Assembly: GCA_022616055.1 (NCBI GenBank)
Contig: JAKEFM010000284.1
Location: 18,636 to 82,635, forward strand
Length of the DNA: 64,000 bases
Direction of reading: 5' to 3'
DNA from: Planctomycetota bacterium
GTDB lineage: Bacteria > Planctomycetota > UBA1135 > JAKEFM01
The notes beneath the pieces are model-generated. The model did not search any database. It saw only the letters and a program-made list of their open reading frames with translations, and was not told the DNA's origin. This document shows, in pieces, positions 32,571 to 42,007 of the stretch (the first letter of the stretch is position 1; every line of letters begins with the position of its first letter). The translations under genes were made by a program, and so were the position numbers.

Positions 32571-33929
32571 CTACAGCGCCCGGAGGAACGCGACGAGGTC
32601 CTTCTTCTCCGGCGCCCTCAGCTTCACGCCGAGGACGAGGTTGAAGAACTCGACCGCGTCGTCGAGGGTCGGCAGGCGGTCGTCGTGGAGGTAGGGAGGG
32701 GAGTCCTTGATGCCCCGCAGGGGGAAGGTCTTGATCGGGCCGTCGGCCGAGGACTTGCGCCCGTTGATCATCACCTCGTCGTGGAAGCGCTCCACGCGGA
32801 GGTTGTGCATCAGGTTGTCGGTGTAGTAGGGGGCGGGGTGGCACTCGCCGCACCTCGCCTTGCCGAAGAAGAGGGCCTCCCCGCGCAGCTCCCCCTCGCT
32901 CGCCTTCGCCTTGTCGAGCCGGCCGAACACGTCGAGCTTGGGCGCGGGCGGGAAGTCGAAGAGGTCCTGGACCTCCGCCATGAAGTGGACCTGGCTCCCC
33001 CGCTCGAGGATGTTCACCCCCTTGCGCTGGGCCTGGACGGGGTCGCCGTCGAAGTAGGCGGCCCGCTGCTCGAACTCCGTGAAGTCCTCGACGCTCTTCA
33101 TCGCGCGCTGGGAGCCGAACAGGCGCTGGATGTTCACCCCCCGGAGGGAGGGGGTGCCGATGCGGTGGCGGTGCTCGTTCGGGCGGATGTCGCCGACGGT
33201 GTGCGTGGCGGCGTTCGTGTGGCCGTTGGCGTGGCAGTCGAGGCAGGCGACCCCCTGGTGGGCGGCGAGGGCGCGGCGGTCCTCGGTGGCATTGAACTGC
33301 GCCTGCGGGAAGGGAGTGAGGAGGAGGCGCAGTCCCTCGAGCTGCTTCGGGTTGAGGGCGTCCTTGAAGAGGCTCTCGAAGTTGGCGAGCGTGACGAGCT
33401 GCCCCTTCGAGACGTCCCCCAGGTCCGGCCGCGTCGTGAGGTAGATCGGCGCGGGGAACTCGGGGAGAAGGTGCTGCGGCAGGTCGTAATCGAGGTCGAA
33501 GCGCGTGAGGTCGCGGCCGGTCTGCCGCTTGATCTCGTCGATCTGCGGCTGCGGGAAGATCATCCCCCCCGCCTCGTGGTGCGGATGCGGCAGCGGGTAA
33601 AAGCCGGCCGGCCAGAGCTTGTCGCGCTTGATCTCCTCGGGCGACAGCGCGGCGAGCTGCTCCCACGTCGCGCCCTTCGGCAGCCTCGCCCGGACGCCGT
33701 CCTGCACCGGCTTCCCCTTCGACATCGTGACGCCGGCGGCGGGTCGATCCGCGAGGTCGTAGCGCTCGGCGAGGAGCGTCTGCTGCCGCTTCGCGAACGT
33801 CGGCTTCTCCTGCTGGAGCCGCGTGACGAGGGCGGCGAAGTCCTCGGAGGCTGCGGAGACCAGGAGCGTGCTTCCGGCGAGGAGCGCAGCGCCCTTCACG
33901 GACCAGGAGCGGCAGAGGCGGATTCTCAT
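32571..33929 (-). CDS. Di-haem cytochrome c peroxidase / MauG family protein
   Basis: 452 aa from ATG 33929, with RBS GGAGGA. Signal peptide VKGAALLAGSTLLVSAAS. Two CxxCH sites: CLDCHANGH and CGECHPAPYY. Confidence 0.85.
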   Translation of the reverse strand: MRIRLCRSWSVKGAALLAGSTLLVSAASEDFAALVTRLQQEKPTFAKRQQTLLAERYDLADRPAAGVTMSKGKPVQDGVRARLPKGATWEQLAALSPEEIKRDKLWPAGFYPLPHPHHEAGGMIFPQPQIDEIKRQTGRDLTRFDLDYDLPQHLLPEFPAPIYLTTRPDLGDVSKGQLVTLANFESLFKDALNPKQLEGLRLLLTPFPQAQFNATEDRRALAAHQGVACLDCHANGHTNAATHTVGDIRPNEHRHRIGTPSLRGVNIQRLFGSQRAMKSVEDFTEFEQRAAYFDGDPVQAQRKGVNILERGSQVHFMAEVQDLFDFPPAPKLDVFGRLDKAKASEGELRGEALFFGKARCGECHPAPYYTDNLMHNLRVERFHDEVMINGRKSSADGPIKTFPLRGIKDSPPYLHDDRLPTLDDAVEFFNLVLGVKLRAPEKKDLVAFLRAL

Positions 33930-34037
33930 CGGGATCCTCCGGCGGGGTCGGTGCTTCGCATCGGGATCGGGGGACGGCTCGGGCGTCGCCCGGATCATCC
34001 GGAATCGACGGCCCCCGTCCAAGTTCCCGCCGCCCGG

Positions 34038-35384
34038 TCAACCGCTCGGTCGGGGGGAGCCTGTCCCCAGGAACGCGAGCATGTCGCGGACGGCCACCTT
34101 CGCCTCCGCGACGGCGTTGACGACCTCCTTCCCCCCGTTCACGCAGTCCCCGCCGCTCCAGACCCTCGGGTTCCCCGTCCGGTGCGTGGCCGGATCGACG
34201 ACGATCCTCCCCTTCGCGTCGACCTCGACGCCCGGGAACGACTTCGCGATTGCGGTCGCCCGGGACTGGCCGATGGCGACGGCGATCAGGTCGGTGGGGA
34301 TGCGCTCGTCGGTCCCCGGGATCGGGTTCCCCTCCTTCGCGGTGGTGACGCGGAGCGAGCGGACCCGGCCGTCGGGCGCGCGGAGGATCGCCATCGGGAC
34401 GCGGTTCTCGAGGAGGACGACCCCGTCGCGGCGGGCGTGGTCCATCTCGTGGCCGTACCCCTTCATCTCCGCCTCGGACCTCCGGTAGACCATCGCGACG
34501 AGGGGGACGCCGAGGAGGCGCAGCTCGTGCGCGGCGTCGATCGCCGTGTTCCCCCCGCCGACGACGAGCGCCTGCGCGACGCCGTCGAGGCGGAACCCCG
34601 CCTGCCCCTTGATCCGGGCGATCAGCTCGACGGCGCCGACGACCCCCGGCCCCTCCTCGCCGGGGATCCCGAGGGTCGAGTCGGCCCCGAGGCCGAGGCC
34701 GAGGAAGACGCCGTCGTACTCGGCGAGGAGCCGCTCCGGGGAGACGGCCCCGGGGCCCTCGCCGACCGCCGTCCCGGTGCGGACCTCGACGCCGAAGGAC
34801 TTGACCCACTCGATCTCGAAGAGGGCGTCGTCGGCGTGGAACTTGTACGGCGCGATCCCGAGGGAGTTGAGGCCGCCGGGGATCGACCGCCTCTCGAGGA
34901 TCGTCGCCGCGTGCCCCTCGAGGGCGAGGAGGGCCGCGGCGGAGAGGGAGGCGGGCCCGGCGCCGACGAGGGCGACCTTCCTCCCCGTCGCCGGCTTGCG
35001 CGAGAAGAGCGGGACGCCGTCCCGGAGGATCGACTCCGTCGCGAAGCGCTGGAGCCTCCCGATCTGGATCGGCGGGCGCTCCCAGGCGTTGTAGACGCAC
35101 GCCCCCGCGCAGAGGACCTCGACCGGGCAGACCCGGGCGCAGGAGTAGCCGAGGATGTTCGCGGAGAGGATCGTGCGGGCGGCCCCCTTGTGGTTTCCCG
35201 TCGCGATCTTCCGGATGAACGAGGGGATGTCGATCGCGGTCGGGCATCCCTGGATGCAGGGCGCGTCGACGCAGTAGAGGCAGCGGTTCGCCTCGGCGAT
35301 CGCCTCCCCCTGCGTGTAGAGGGGCTTGTAGTCCTCGAAGCGCTCCTCGAGCCGGTCGGGCGAGAGCGGAGAGCGATCGGCCAA
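34038..35384 (-). CDS. preT: NAD-dependent dihydropyrimidine dehydrogenase subunit PreT (GltD-like)
   Basis: 448 aa from TTG 35384, 2 nt after the upstream TAG. The Fe-S region is CLYCVDAPCIQGCP...CARVCP. Dinucleotide folds are VALVGAGPASLSAA and ALVVGGGNTAIDAA. WSGGDCVNG lies near the C-terminus. Confidence 0.88.
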   Translation of the reverse strand: MADRSPLSPDRLEERFEDYKPLYTQGEAIAEANRCLYCVDAPCIQGCPTAIDIPSFIRKIATGNHKGAARTILSANILGYSCARVCPVEVLCAGACVYNAWERPPIQIGRLQRFATESILRDGVPLFSRKPATGRKVALVGAGPASLSAAALLALEGHAATILERRSIPGGLNSLGIAPYKFHADDALFEIEWVKSFGVEVRTGTAVGEGPGAVSPERLLAEYDGVFLGLGLGADSTLGIPGEEGPGVVGAVELIARIKGQAGFRLDGVAQALVVGGGNTAIDAAHELRLLGVPLVAMVYRRSEAEMKGYGHEMDHARRDGVVLLENRVPMAILRAPDGRVRSLRVTTAKEGNPIPGTDERIPTDLIAVAIGQSRATAIAKSFPGVEVDAKGRIVVDPATHRTGNPRVWSGGDCVNGGKEVVNAVAEAKVAVRDMLAFLGTGSPRPSG

Positions 35385-35386
35385 CG

Positions 35387-36679
35387 CTACGCCCCCATCG
35401 CCGCGAGCGACTCCCCGAGGATCCTCACCCCCTCGTCGATCTCCGAGGCCTGGATCGTGAGGGGCGGGGAGATCCGGACGGCGTTCCCGTAGAGGCCCCC
35501 CTTCCCGATCAGGAGCCCCCGCTTCTTCGTCTCCTCGAACAGGCGAAGCACCGCCTTCGGGTTCGGCGTGCGGTCCTTCTTCGTCTCGTCGGCGACCAGC
35601 TCGATCGCCTGCATCAGGCCCATCCCGCGGACCTCGCCGATCGTGCGGGGGTGCTTCCTCTGGAGTTCCTCCAGCCCCTGGCGTAGCCGCTCCCCCTGGC
35701 GCGCCGCGTTCGCCGGGAGGTCGTGCTCCCGGATGTATCCGATCGTCGCGTTCGCCGCCGTGCAGGAGATCGGATTGCCGCCGAAGGTCGAGAGGGTGAG
35801 CCCCTTCAGCGCGTCGGCGACCGCGGGGGTCGCGATCGTCGCGCCGATCGGGAGGCCGTTCGCGATCCCCTTCGCCATCGTCATGACGTCGGGCTCGACG
35901 CCGTAGTTCTCGATCCCCCACATCCTCCCCGTCCGCCCGAAGCCGGTCTGGACCTCGTCCGAGATGAAGACGCCGCCGAAGCGGCGGACGATCTCCGCGG
36001 CGATCTCGAAGTACTCCTTCGGCGGGGTGATGAACCCCCCGACCCCGAGGATCGGCTCGGCCAGCATCCCGGCGACGCGGCCTGTCGTCGTCGTCTGGAT
36101 CAGCTCCTCGATGTCCTTCGCGCAGGCGACGCCGCAGGAGGGGTACTCGAGCTTGAGCGGGCAGCGGTAGCAGTAGGGCGCGGGGGCGTGCTTGATCGCC
36201 CCCACCTGCGTCGGGAGGTTGCGCCACGGGGCGTGGGCCGTCAGGGCCTGGGCGAGGAGGGAGCGCCCCGAGTAGCCGTGGCGCAGCGCGACCAGCTCGG
36301 CGTTCCCGGTCGCGACCTGGGCGAGCATCACCGCCGTCTCGTCCGCCTCGGTCCCCGAGGCGGTGAAGAAGCACTTCGAGAGCTTGCCGGGCGTGATCGA
36401 GGCGAGGGTCTCCGCGAGCGTGACGATCGGGATCGTCGGGTAGACCGTCGAGACGTGGCCGAGGCGGCCCATCTGCGCGATCACCGCCCCGTTCACCTCC
36501 GGATTCCCATGCCCGACCGAGATCGAGAGGATCCCGCCGAAGAAGTCGAGGTAGCTCTTTCCGTCGAGGTCCTTCAGCCTCACCCCCTTCCCCTCGGCGA
36601 GGACGACCGGCTCCTCGTAGTAGTTGAAAGTCCCGAAGAGGAACTCCTTGTGCTTCGCGCGGACGGTTCGGCTGTCCAT
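35387..36679 (-). CDS. Class-III (omega) aminotransferase, probable beta-alanine/aminobutyrate transaminase
   Basis: 430 aa from ATG 36679; a GTG at 36742 is an alternative start. Recognisable segments are SISVGHGNPEV, FISDEVQTGFGRTGRMWG and DVMTMAKGIANGLPIG (the PLP lysine). Confidence 0.88.
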   Translation of the reverse strand: MDSRTVRAKHKEFLFGTFNYYEEPVVLAEGKGVRLKDLDGKSYLDFFGGILSISVGHGNPEVNGAVIAQMGRLGHVSTVYPTIPIVTLAETLASITPGKLSKCFFTASGTEADETAVMLAQVATGNAELVALRHGYSGRSLLAQALTAHAPWRNLPTQVGAIKHAPAPYCYRCPLKLEYPSCGVACAKDIEELIQTTTTGRVAGMLAEPILGVGGFITPPKEYFEIAAEIVRRFGGVFISDEVQTGFGRTGRMWGIENYGVEPDVMTMAKGIANGLPIGATIATPAVADALKGLTLSTFGGNPISCTAANATIGYIREHDLPANAARQGERLRQGLEELQRKHPRTIGEVRGMGLMQAIELVADETKKDRTPNPKAVLRLFEETKKRGLLIGKGGLYGNAVRISPPLTIQASEIDEGVRILGESLAAMGA

Positions 36680-36796
36680 GGTCGGGGGGACCTCGGCGAG
36701 GGGGGGAGAGCGTAGCGCCTGCGGCTCGGCGCGGGGAGGCACGGATCCCGCCCGACCCGACTACACTCCCCGCTCCAACCTCGTAAGGAGAAGCCG

Positions 36797-37519
36797 ATGC
36801 CCCGCACGTCCTCGATCCGCACCGGAGCCGCCGGGTTCGCCGGAGGTCTCGCCCTCGCCGCCGTCGTCGCCTTCGGCCTCGGCGCGCGCGGCTCGTCCCA
36901 GCACGGGGCCGCCGGCGAGAAGAACTTCGCCCCCGTCGAGAAGATCCACCTCTACCTCTGCGCCTTTCACGTCGCGAAGGAGAACCCCTCCTTCCAGGTC
37001 GAGGCCCACCACTACTGCTCCCCGGTCTCCGAGGAGGTCCACCAGTGCGTCGTCTTCGACTCCAAGGAGGCGGGGGCGAAGCTCCTCGGCGTCGAGTACA
37101 TCGTGACCGAGAAGGTCTACCGCTCGCTCCCCGAGGGGGAGAAGAAGTTCTGGCACCCCCACGCCTACGAGATCCTCTCGGGACAGCTCGTCGCCCCGAA
37201 CCTCCCGAAGGAGGGGGACGAGGTCTTCCCGGGCCTGATCACGACCTGGGGGAAGACCTTCCATACCTGGCGCGACCCCTCGACCGCGGTCCCCATCGGC
37301 GAGCCGCTCCTCATGTGGTCGGCGAACGGCGACGGGCAGATCGCGCAGAAGCTCGTCGACAAGCGCGACGCCCAGTTCGGGATCTCGAGCGCGGCGATCC
37401 GCGAGCGGCGCAAGCCCTGGGGCTACGAGGTCCCGCAGATCCCGCCGCCGAAGTCCCTCGCCGACGTCGGCCGCCAGTGGACGGCGACCGGGCCCGACGA
37501 GCCGACGAAGAAGAAGTAG
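36797..37519 (+). CDS. DUF1264 (OBAP-like) family protein with an N-terminal signal/anchor
   Basis: 240 aa with an N-terminal hydrophobic segment GFAGGLALAAVVAFGLGA. Motifs AHHYC, HQCVVFDS, LLGVEYIVTEK, KFWHPHAYEI and FHTW. The family is assigned from memory of these motifs. Confidence 0.7.
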   Translation: MPRTSSIRTGAAGFAGGLALAAVVAFGLGARGSSQHGAAGEKNFAPVEKIHLYLCAFHVAKENPSFQVEAHHYCSPVSEEVHQCVVFDSKEAGAKLLGVEYIVTEKVYRSLPEGEKKFWHPHAYEILSGQLVAPNLPKEGDEVFPGLITTWGKTFHTWRDPSTAVPIGEPLLMWSANGDGQIAQKLVDKRDAQFGISSAAIRERRKPWGYEVPQIPPPKSLADVGRQWTATGPDEPTKKK

Positions 37520-37527
37520 CGGGCCGG

Positions 37528-38826
37528 TCAGCGGCCGGGATCGAGTTGGACGACGGCGGGCTTCGCCTTCGCGAACCGCCCCGCGACGACCGTCTGGAAG
37601 CCCTCAAGGTCGAGCGCCTCCAGGGAGGCGGCGAGCGCTCCCAGATCGCCGAGAGGGAGGGCGAACCGCATCCGCTGAAGCTCCATGTTCCCGAGCGCAG
37701 TCGATCGGGGCACGTTCGGCGGGAGCGGCGGCAGCCGCCGCTCCTTCATGAGCGCGAGGATGCCGTCGCGGGCGGAGCGGAATCCCTCCTTCGTGACCCC
37801 TCCGTCTCGCGCCAGTCCGGCGACGCGCTCGGGGACGAAGGAGAGGAGGGTCCCCCTCGCCTCGTCGTTCTCGACGACCTCCGTCAGTTGGACCAGGAGG
37901 AGCCCCTCCACGTCCCCGTGGACGAGGGCTGCGCGGACGACCGCCTGCACGTCGTGGTCGAAAGCGATGCGCGCGGAGAGGATGCGGTAGGCGACGAGGA
38001 AGGCCGCGAACTCGGGGTCCCCGGGCGCCGGAGCCGGCCACGCGAAGAGGAGGTGGCTCGTCGCGCCGTCCCAGGTCCCCCGCCCGGACCGCGGCGCGCC
38101 CCGCTTCGCCGGTGGAGCCTCCGGCTTCGGAACCTTCCCGAAGGCCTCCTCGACGACGGGGCGCACGACCGCGGGGTCGAAACCGCCCGCGACGACCAGC
38201 ATCGCGCGATCGGGCCGGAACGTCCGCTCGTGGAAGGCGCGGACGTCCTCCACGGTGTAGGCCCCGGTCCTCGCCCGGAACGGGACCTCGCTTTTCCCGT
38301 GGAAGGCGATCTGCGCGAGCGCCATCAGGGCGAACTTGGAGGTGATTCCTTTCCGCTGGGACTCGAGGTTCTCCAGCTCGCCGAGAGCGCGGGGGATCTC
38401 CCGCTTCAGGACCTCCGGATCGAAGTTCCTCCCCGCGAGCCGCGCGGCCTGCACCCGGACCGCGAGGAGGACCTCGGCGGTCTCCACTCGAAGGTCGAAG
38501 TACATGAAGTCGGCGAGGGTCTCCCCGTTCGCCCTCCCCGACCCGTACCAGCGCGCGATCGCCGCCGACTCCTCCGAGCCCGGCGGGGCGTTGAACACCG
38601 CCATGTGCTCGACGACGTGGGCGAGATGAGGGGAGCCGGCCGGCTCCTCGAGCGAGCCGGCGCGCACGGCGAGGAGGAGGATGGCCTCGGCTTCCCCCGC
38701 GACCGGGACGAGCCTCACCCGCAAGCCGTTCGGTAGGGTGAACTCCACGGGCTCCCGCGCGGCGGAGGAGAAGGCGCCGAGAGAAGCGAGGATCGGGAGG
38801 AGGAGGGTTTGCCTGGGGACTCGCAC
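37528..38826 (-). CDS. M16 (pitrilysin/insulinase) family zinc peptidase, exported
   Basis: 432 aa from GTG 38826 (M-RVPRQTLLLPILASLGAFSSAA signal). The inverted zinc motif HxxEH sits in SPHLAHVVEHMAV. Confidence 0.8.
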   Translation of the reverse strand: MRVPRQTLLLPILASLGAFSSAAREPVEFTLPNGLRVRLVPVAGEAEAILLLAVRAGSLEEPAGSPHLAHVVEHMAVFNAPPGSEESAAIARWYGSGRANGETLADFMYFDLRVETAEVLLAVRVQAARLAGRNFDPEVLKREIPRALGELENLESQRKGITSKFALMALAQIAFHGKSEVPFRARTGAYTVEDVRAFHERTFRPDRAMLVVAGGFDPAVVRPVVEEAFGKVPKPEAPPAKRGAPRSGRGTWDGATSHLLFAWPAPAPGDPEFAAFLVAYRILSARIAFDHDVQAVVRAALVHGDVEGLLLVQLTEVVENDEARGTLLSFVPERVAGLARDGGVTKEGFRSARDGILALMKERRLPPLPPNVPRSTALGNMELQRMRFALPLGDLGALAASLEALDLEGFQTVVAGRFAKAKPAVVQLDPGR

Positions 38827-38867
38827 CCGCGCGGTTCGACGGGGGAACGACCTTCGAGGGCGCGAAC

Positions 38868-40244
38868 CTATCGCGTCGCGCGCCGGAGGTACTGCCCCCG
38901 GCCGGGCTTGCCGACGAACTTCCCCTTCTCCACGACCACCTCGCCCCGGGAGAGCACCGTATCGCTCACCCCCCTCACGCGGCGGCCCTCGTAGGGGTTG
39001 TAGTCGACCTTCATGTGGTGGGTCTTCGCCGACAGGACCGCCTCCGCCTTGGGGTCGAAGACGACGAGGTCGGCGTCCGAGCCCGGCGCGATCGTCCCCT
39101 TCCGCGGGAAGAGGCCGAAGATCTTCGCCGGCGCGGTCGAGGCGAGCTCGACCCAGCGGTGGAGCGAGATCCGGCCCGCGACGACGCCGCCGTCGTGGAG
39201 GAGGCTCATCCTCGTCTCGATCCCGGGGGCGCCGTTCGGGATCTTCCGGAAGTCCCCCTTCCCGAGCTCCTTCTGCTCCTTCATGCAGAAGGGGCAGTGA
39301 TCGGTCGAGACGACCTGGAGGTCGTTCAGGCGCAGCCCCCGCCAGAGGCTCTCCTGCTTCTCCTTCGCCCGGAGCGGCGGGCTCATCACGTACTTCGCCC
39401 CGTCGAAGCCGGGCTCCTCGTAGTTCTCGTACGAGAGGAAGAGGTACTGCGGGCAGGTCTCGGCGAAGGCGGGGATCCCGCGGTGTCTCGCGGCCGCGAC
39501 TTCCTCGAGCGCCTCGGCCGCCGAGAGGTGGACGATGTAGACGGGCACCCCCGCCACCTCGGCGAGCGCGATGGCGCGGTTCGTCGCCTCGGCCTCGAGC
39601 CGCGCCGGCCGAGTGATCGCGTGGTACTTGGGCGCCGTGTTTCCCTGCGCGAAGGCCTGCTCGGCGATCACGTCGATCACCGGGCCGTTCTCGGCGTGCA
39701 TGCAGATCGTCGCCCCCAGCTCCCCGGAGCGCTGCAGGATCCGGAAGATCGAGGCGTCGTCCAGGTAGAGGACGCCAGGGTAGGCCATGAAGAGCTTGAA
39801 GGAGGTCACCCCCTCCTTGACCAGCTCCCCCATCTCCTTGCGGAGGGCCTCCGTCGACTCCCGCATGACCATGTGGAACCCGTAGTCGATCGCGGCCTTC
39901 CCCTCCGCCTTCCCCATCCAGGTCTCCCACGCCTGGCGCAGCGTGCCGCCGCGATCCTGGACCGCGAAGTCGACGATCGTCGTCGTCCCGCCGAACGCGG
40001 CCGCGATCGTCCCGCTCTGGAAGTCGTCGGCCGACGTCGTCCCGCCGAAGGGCATGTCGAGGTGCGTGTGGACGTCGACCCCGCCGGGGATCACGTACTT
40101 CCCCGAGGCGTCGATCGACTTGTCGACCTGGATCCAGGAGAGGTCGGTCCCGACCTGGGCGATCCTCTCCCCGTCGATCAGCACGTCGCCTCTGTAGTGG
40201 TCGACCGCCGTGACGACCGTTCCGCCTCGAATCAAGGTCTTCAT
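38868..40244 (-). CDS. Dihydropyrimidinase (D-hydantoinase)
   Basis: 458 aa: MKTLIRGGTVVTAVD...DVLIDGERIAQVG...IPGGVDVHTHLDMPFGGTTSADDF...FKLFMAYPG...HAENG. This is the cyclic amidohydrolase signature. Confidence 0.92.
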   Translation of the reverse strand: MKTLIRGGTVVTAVDHYRGDVLIDGERIAQVGTDLSWIQVDKSIDASGKYVIPGGVDVHTHLDMPFGGTTSADDFQSGTIAAAFGGTTTIVDFAVQDRGGTLRQAWETWMGKAEGKAAIDYGFHMVMRESTEALRKEMGELVKEGVTSFKLFMAYPGVLYLDDASIFRILQRSGELGATICMHAENGPVIDVIAEQAFAQGNTAPKYHAITRPARLEAEATNRAIALAEVAGVPVYIVHLSAAEALEEVAAARHRGIPAFAETCPQYLFLSYENYEEPGFDGAKYVMSPPLRAKEKQESLWRGLRLNDLQVVSTDHCPFCMKEQKELGKGDFRKIPNGAPGIETRMSLLHDGGVVAGRISLHRWVELASTAPAKIFGLFPRKGTIAPGSDADLVVFDPKAEAVLSAKTHHMKVDYNPYEGRRVRGVSDTVLSRGEVVVEKGKFVGKPGRGQYLRRATR

Positions 40245-40287
40245 CGCTCCACCCTTTCCTTCCTTCCGAGGTGACCAGCGGCCGCTT

Positions 40288-41160
40288 TCACGGGAGCAGG
40301 TGCGAGAGCTCCTGGTACGTCTCGGGGCGCCGGTCGCGGAAGAACTGCCAGGTCCGGCGGACCTCCTCGATCATGTCGAGGTCCATCGACGCGACGACGA
40401 GCTCGTCCCTGTCCTCGGACCCCTCGGCGAGGACCTTCCCGCGCGGGTCGCAGAAGTACGAGGTCCCGTAGAACTTGCCGATGTTCCAGGGGGCTTCGAC
40501 CCCGACGCGGTTGATCGCGCCGACGAAGAAGCCGTTCGCGACGGCGTGAGCGGGTTGCTCCAGCTTCCAGAGGTACTGGGAGAGCCCGGCGACGGTGGCC
40601 GAGGGGTTGAAGACGATCTCCGCGCCGTGGAGGCCGAGCAGGCGGGCCCCCTCCGGGAAGTGTCGGTCGTAGCAGATGTAGACGCCGATCGCGGCGAAGC
40701 GCGTCTTGAAGACCGGGTAGCCGAGGTTCCCCGGCTTGAAGAAGTACTTCTCCCAGAAGCCCGCGGTGTGCGGGATGTGGGTCTTCCGGTACTTCCCGAG
40801 GTAGCCGCCGTCGGCGTCGAGGACGGCGGCCGTGTTGTAGTAGACCCCCGCCATCTCCCGCTCGTAGAGCGGGACGACGATCGCCATCTTGTGCTTCGCG
40901 GCGAGCTTCGAGAGCCGCGCGACGGTCGGCCCGGGGACCTCCTCGGCGAGGTCGCACCACCGGGAGTCCTGGCTCGGGCAGAAGTAGGGGCCGTTGAAGA
41001 CCTCCTGGAGGCAGAGGATCTGCACCCCCTTCTTCCCCGCCTCCTCGATGAAGGGGAGGTGCTTCTCGAACATCGCCTCGCGCACCTTCGCGATCGGCGC
41101 GGCGGGATCGTTCACCGCGTTGCTGCACTGGATCAGTCCTCCGAGGACGGTGCGGGGCAT
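40288..41160 (-). CDS. Beta-ureidopropionase / N-carbamoyl-beta-alanine amidohydrolase (nitrilase superfamily)
   Basis: 290 aa. The CN-hydrolase catalytic residues occur in context: LCLQEVF (Glu), KYRKTHIP (Lys), IGVYICYDRHFPE (Cys). Confidence 0.88.
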   Translation of the reverse strand: MPRTVLGGLIQCSNAVNDPAAPIAKVREAMFEKHLPFIEEAGKKGVQILCLQEVFNGPYFCPSQDSRWCDLAEEVPGPTVARLSKLAAKHKMAIVVPLYEREMAGVYYNTAAVLDADGGYLGKYRKTHIPHTAGFWEKYFFKPGNLGYPVFKTRFAAIGVYICYDRHFPEGARLLGLHGAEIVFNPSATVAGLSQYLWKLEQPAHAVANGFFVGAINRVGVEAPWNIGKFYGTSYFCDPRGKVLAEGSEDRDELVVASMDLDMIEEVRRTWQFFRDRRPETYQELSHLLP

Positions 41161-41223
41161 CTAGCTCGAACCTCCTTCCTCGATCGTCCGGCTCAAGGGA
41201 GCTCCTTGGTCAGGTCCGCGGGC

Positions 41224-41517
41224 CTACGGGACACGGATCAGTTCCTTCTCGATCACCTCCCAGTTCCGGGCCTTGATGGCTCTCCGGGAGACGAGATCCG
41301 TCCGCACTCCCAGCAGATCCTCGATCTCCTCGGCGAGGTCGACGAATCGGAGACCGATCGACGGATCGACGTCGACGATCACGTCCACGTCGCTGTCCTC
41401 GCGCTGCTCTCCCCGCGCGTACGACCCGAAGAGGGCGAGTCGCCGGACGCCGAACCGCCTGGCCAGCTCCGGCTTGGCTTGCGCGAGGAGCCGGAGGATC
41501 TCCTGCGTCGCCTTCAC
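41224..41517 (-). CDS. Minimal nucleotidyltransferase (MNT-type antitoxin-like), no adjacent HepT/HEPN partner
   Basis: The NTase motif is RRLALFGSYARGEQREDSDVDVIVDVD. I prefer the GTG 41517 start (97 aa, the typical MNT size); TTG 41568 is the alternative. Confidence 0.75.
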   Translation of the reverse strand: MKATQEILRLLAQAKPELARRFGVRRLALFGSYARGEQREDSDVDVIVDVDPSIGLRFVDLAEEIEDLLGVRTDLVSRRAIKARNWEVIEKELIRVP

Positions 41518-42007
41518 TGGGAGTCGGAGTGCTCCACCTGGTCGCTCGACCGGATCCCTCGCCTCCAAACGCCGCGGGGCACCCCGGTCGAGCCTCCGCC
41601 CCGGAGCCCGCGGGCTGCGCGAGCTGCGTCCTCCCCGGGGTCAGCCAAGGAGCGATCGCTCGCGAGGAACGCGAAGGGGCGGCTCGGGAGATCCATGGTC
41701 GGACGAGGGGTCCGGTCTCGAGCCGGGATTATGCCGGAGACGGCCGGATTCCGGGGGGCCGGCGGTTTCGCGCGGATTCCCTCGAGGCCATGGAGCGAGC
41801 GCCGCGGCCGCAGCGCCAGGACACCCCGCCTCGCCGGAGCGTGCGGATCCGCGCGGCTCCTTCGACGGCATGGGCGTTGCCCCAGCTCCTTCGCTGGTCC
41901 CGCGCGGCGTTTCCGCGAAACCTCCCGCGCTCCGCCGGCCCCCGGGCGGATCGACGCGGGTCCCCTCGCGCGCGTCCGCTCCTTCCACCGAGGTCGGAGA
42001 TTCGCCC

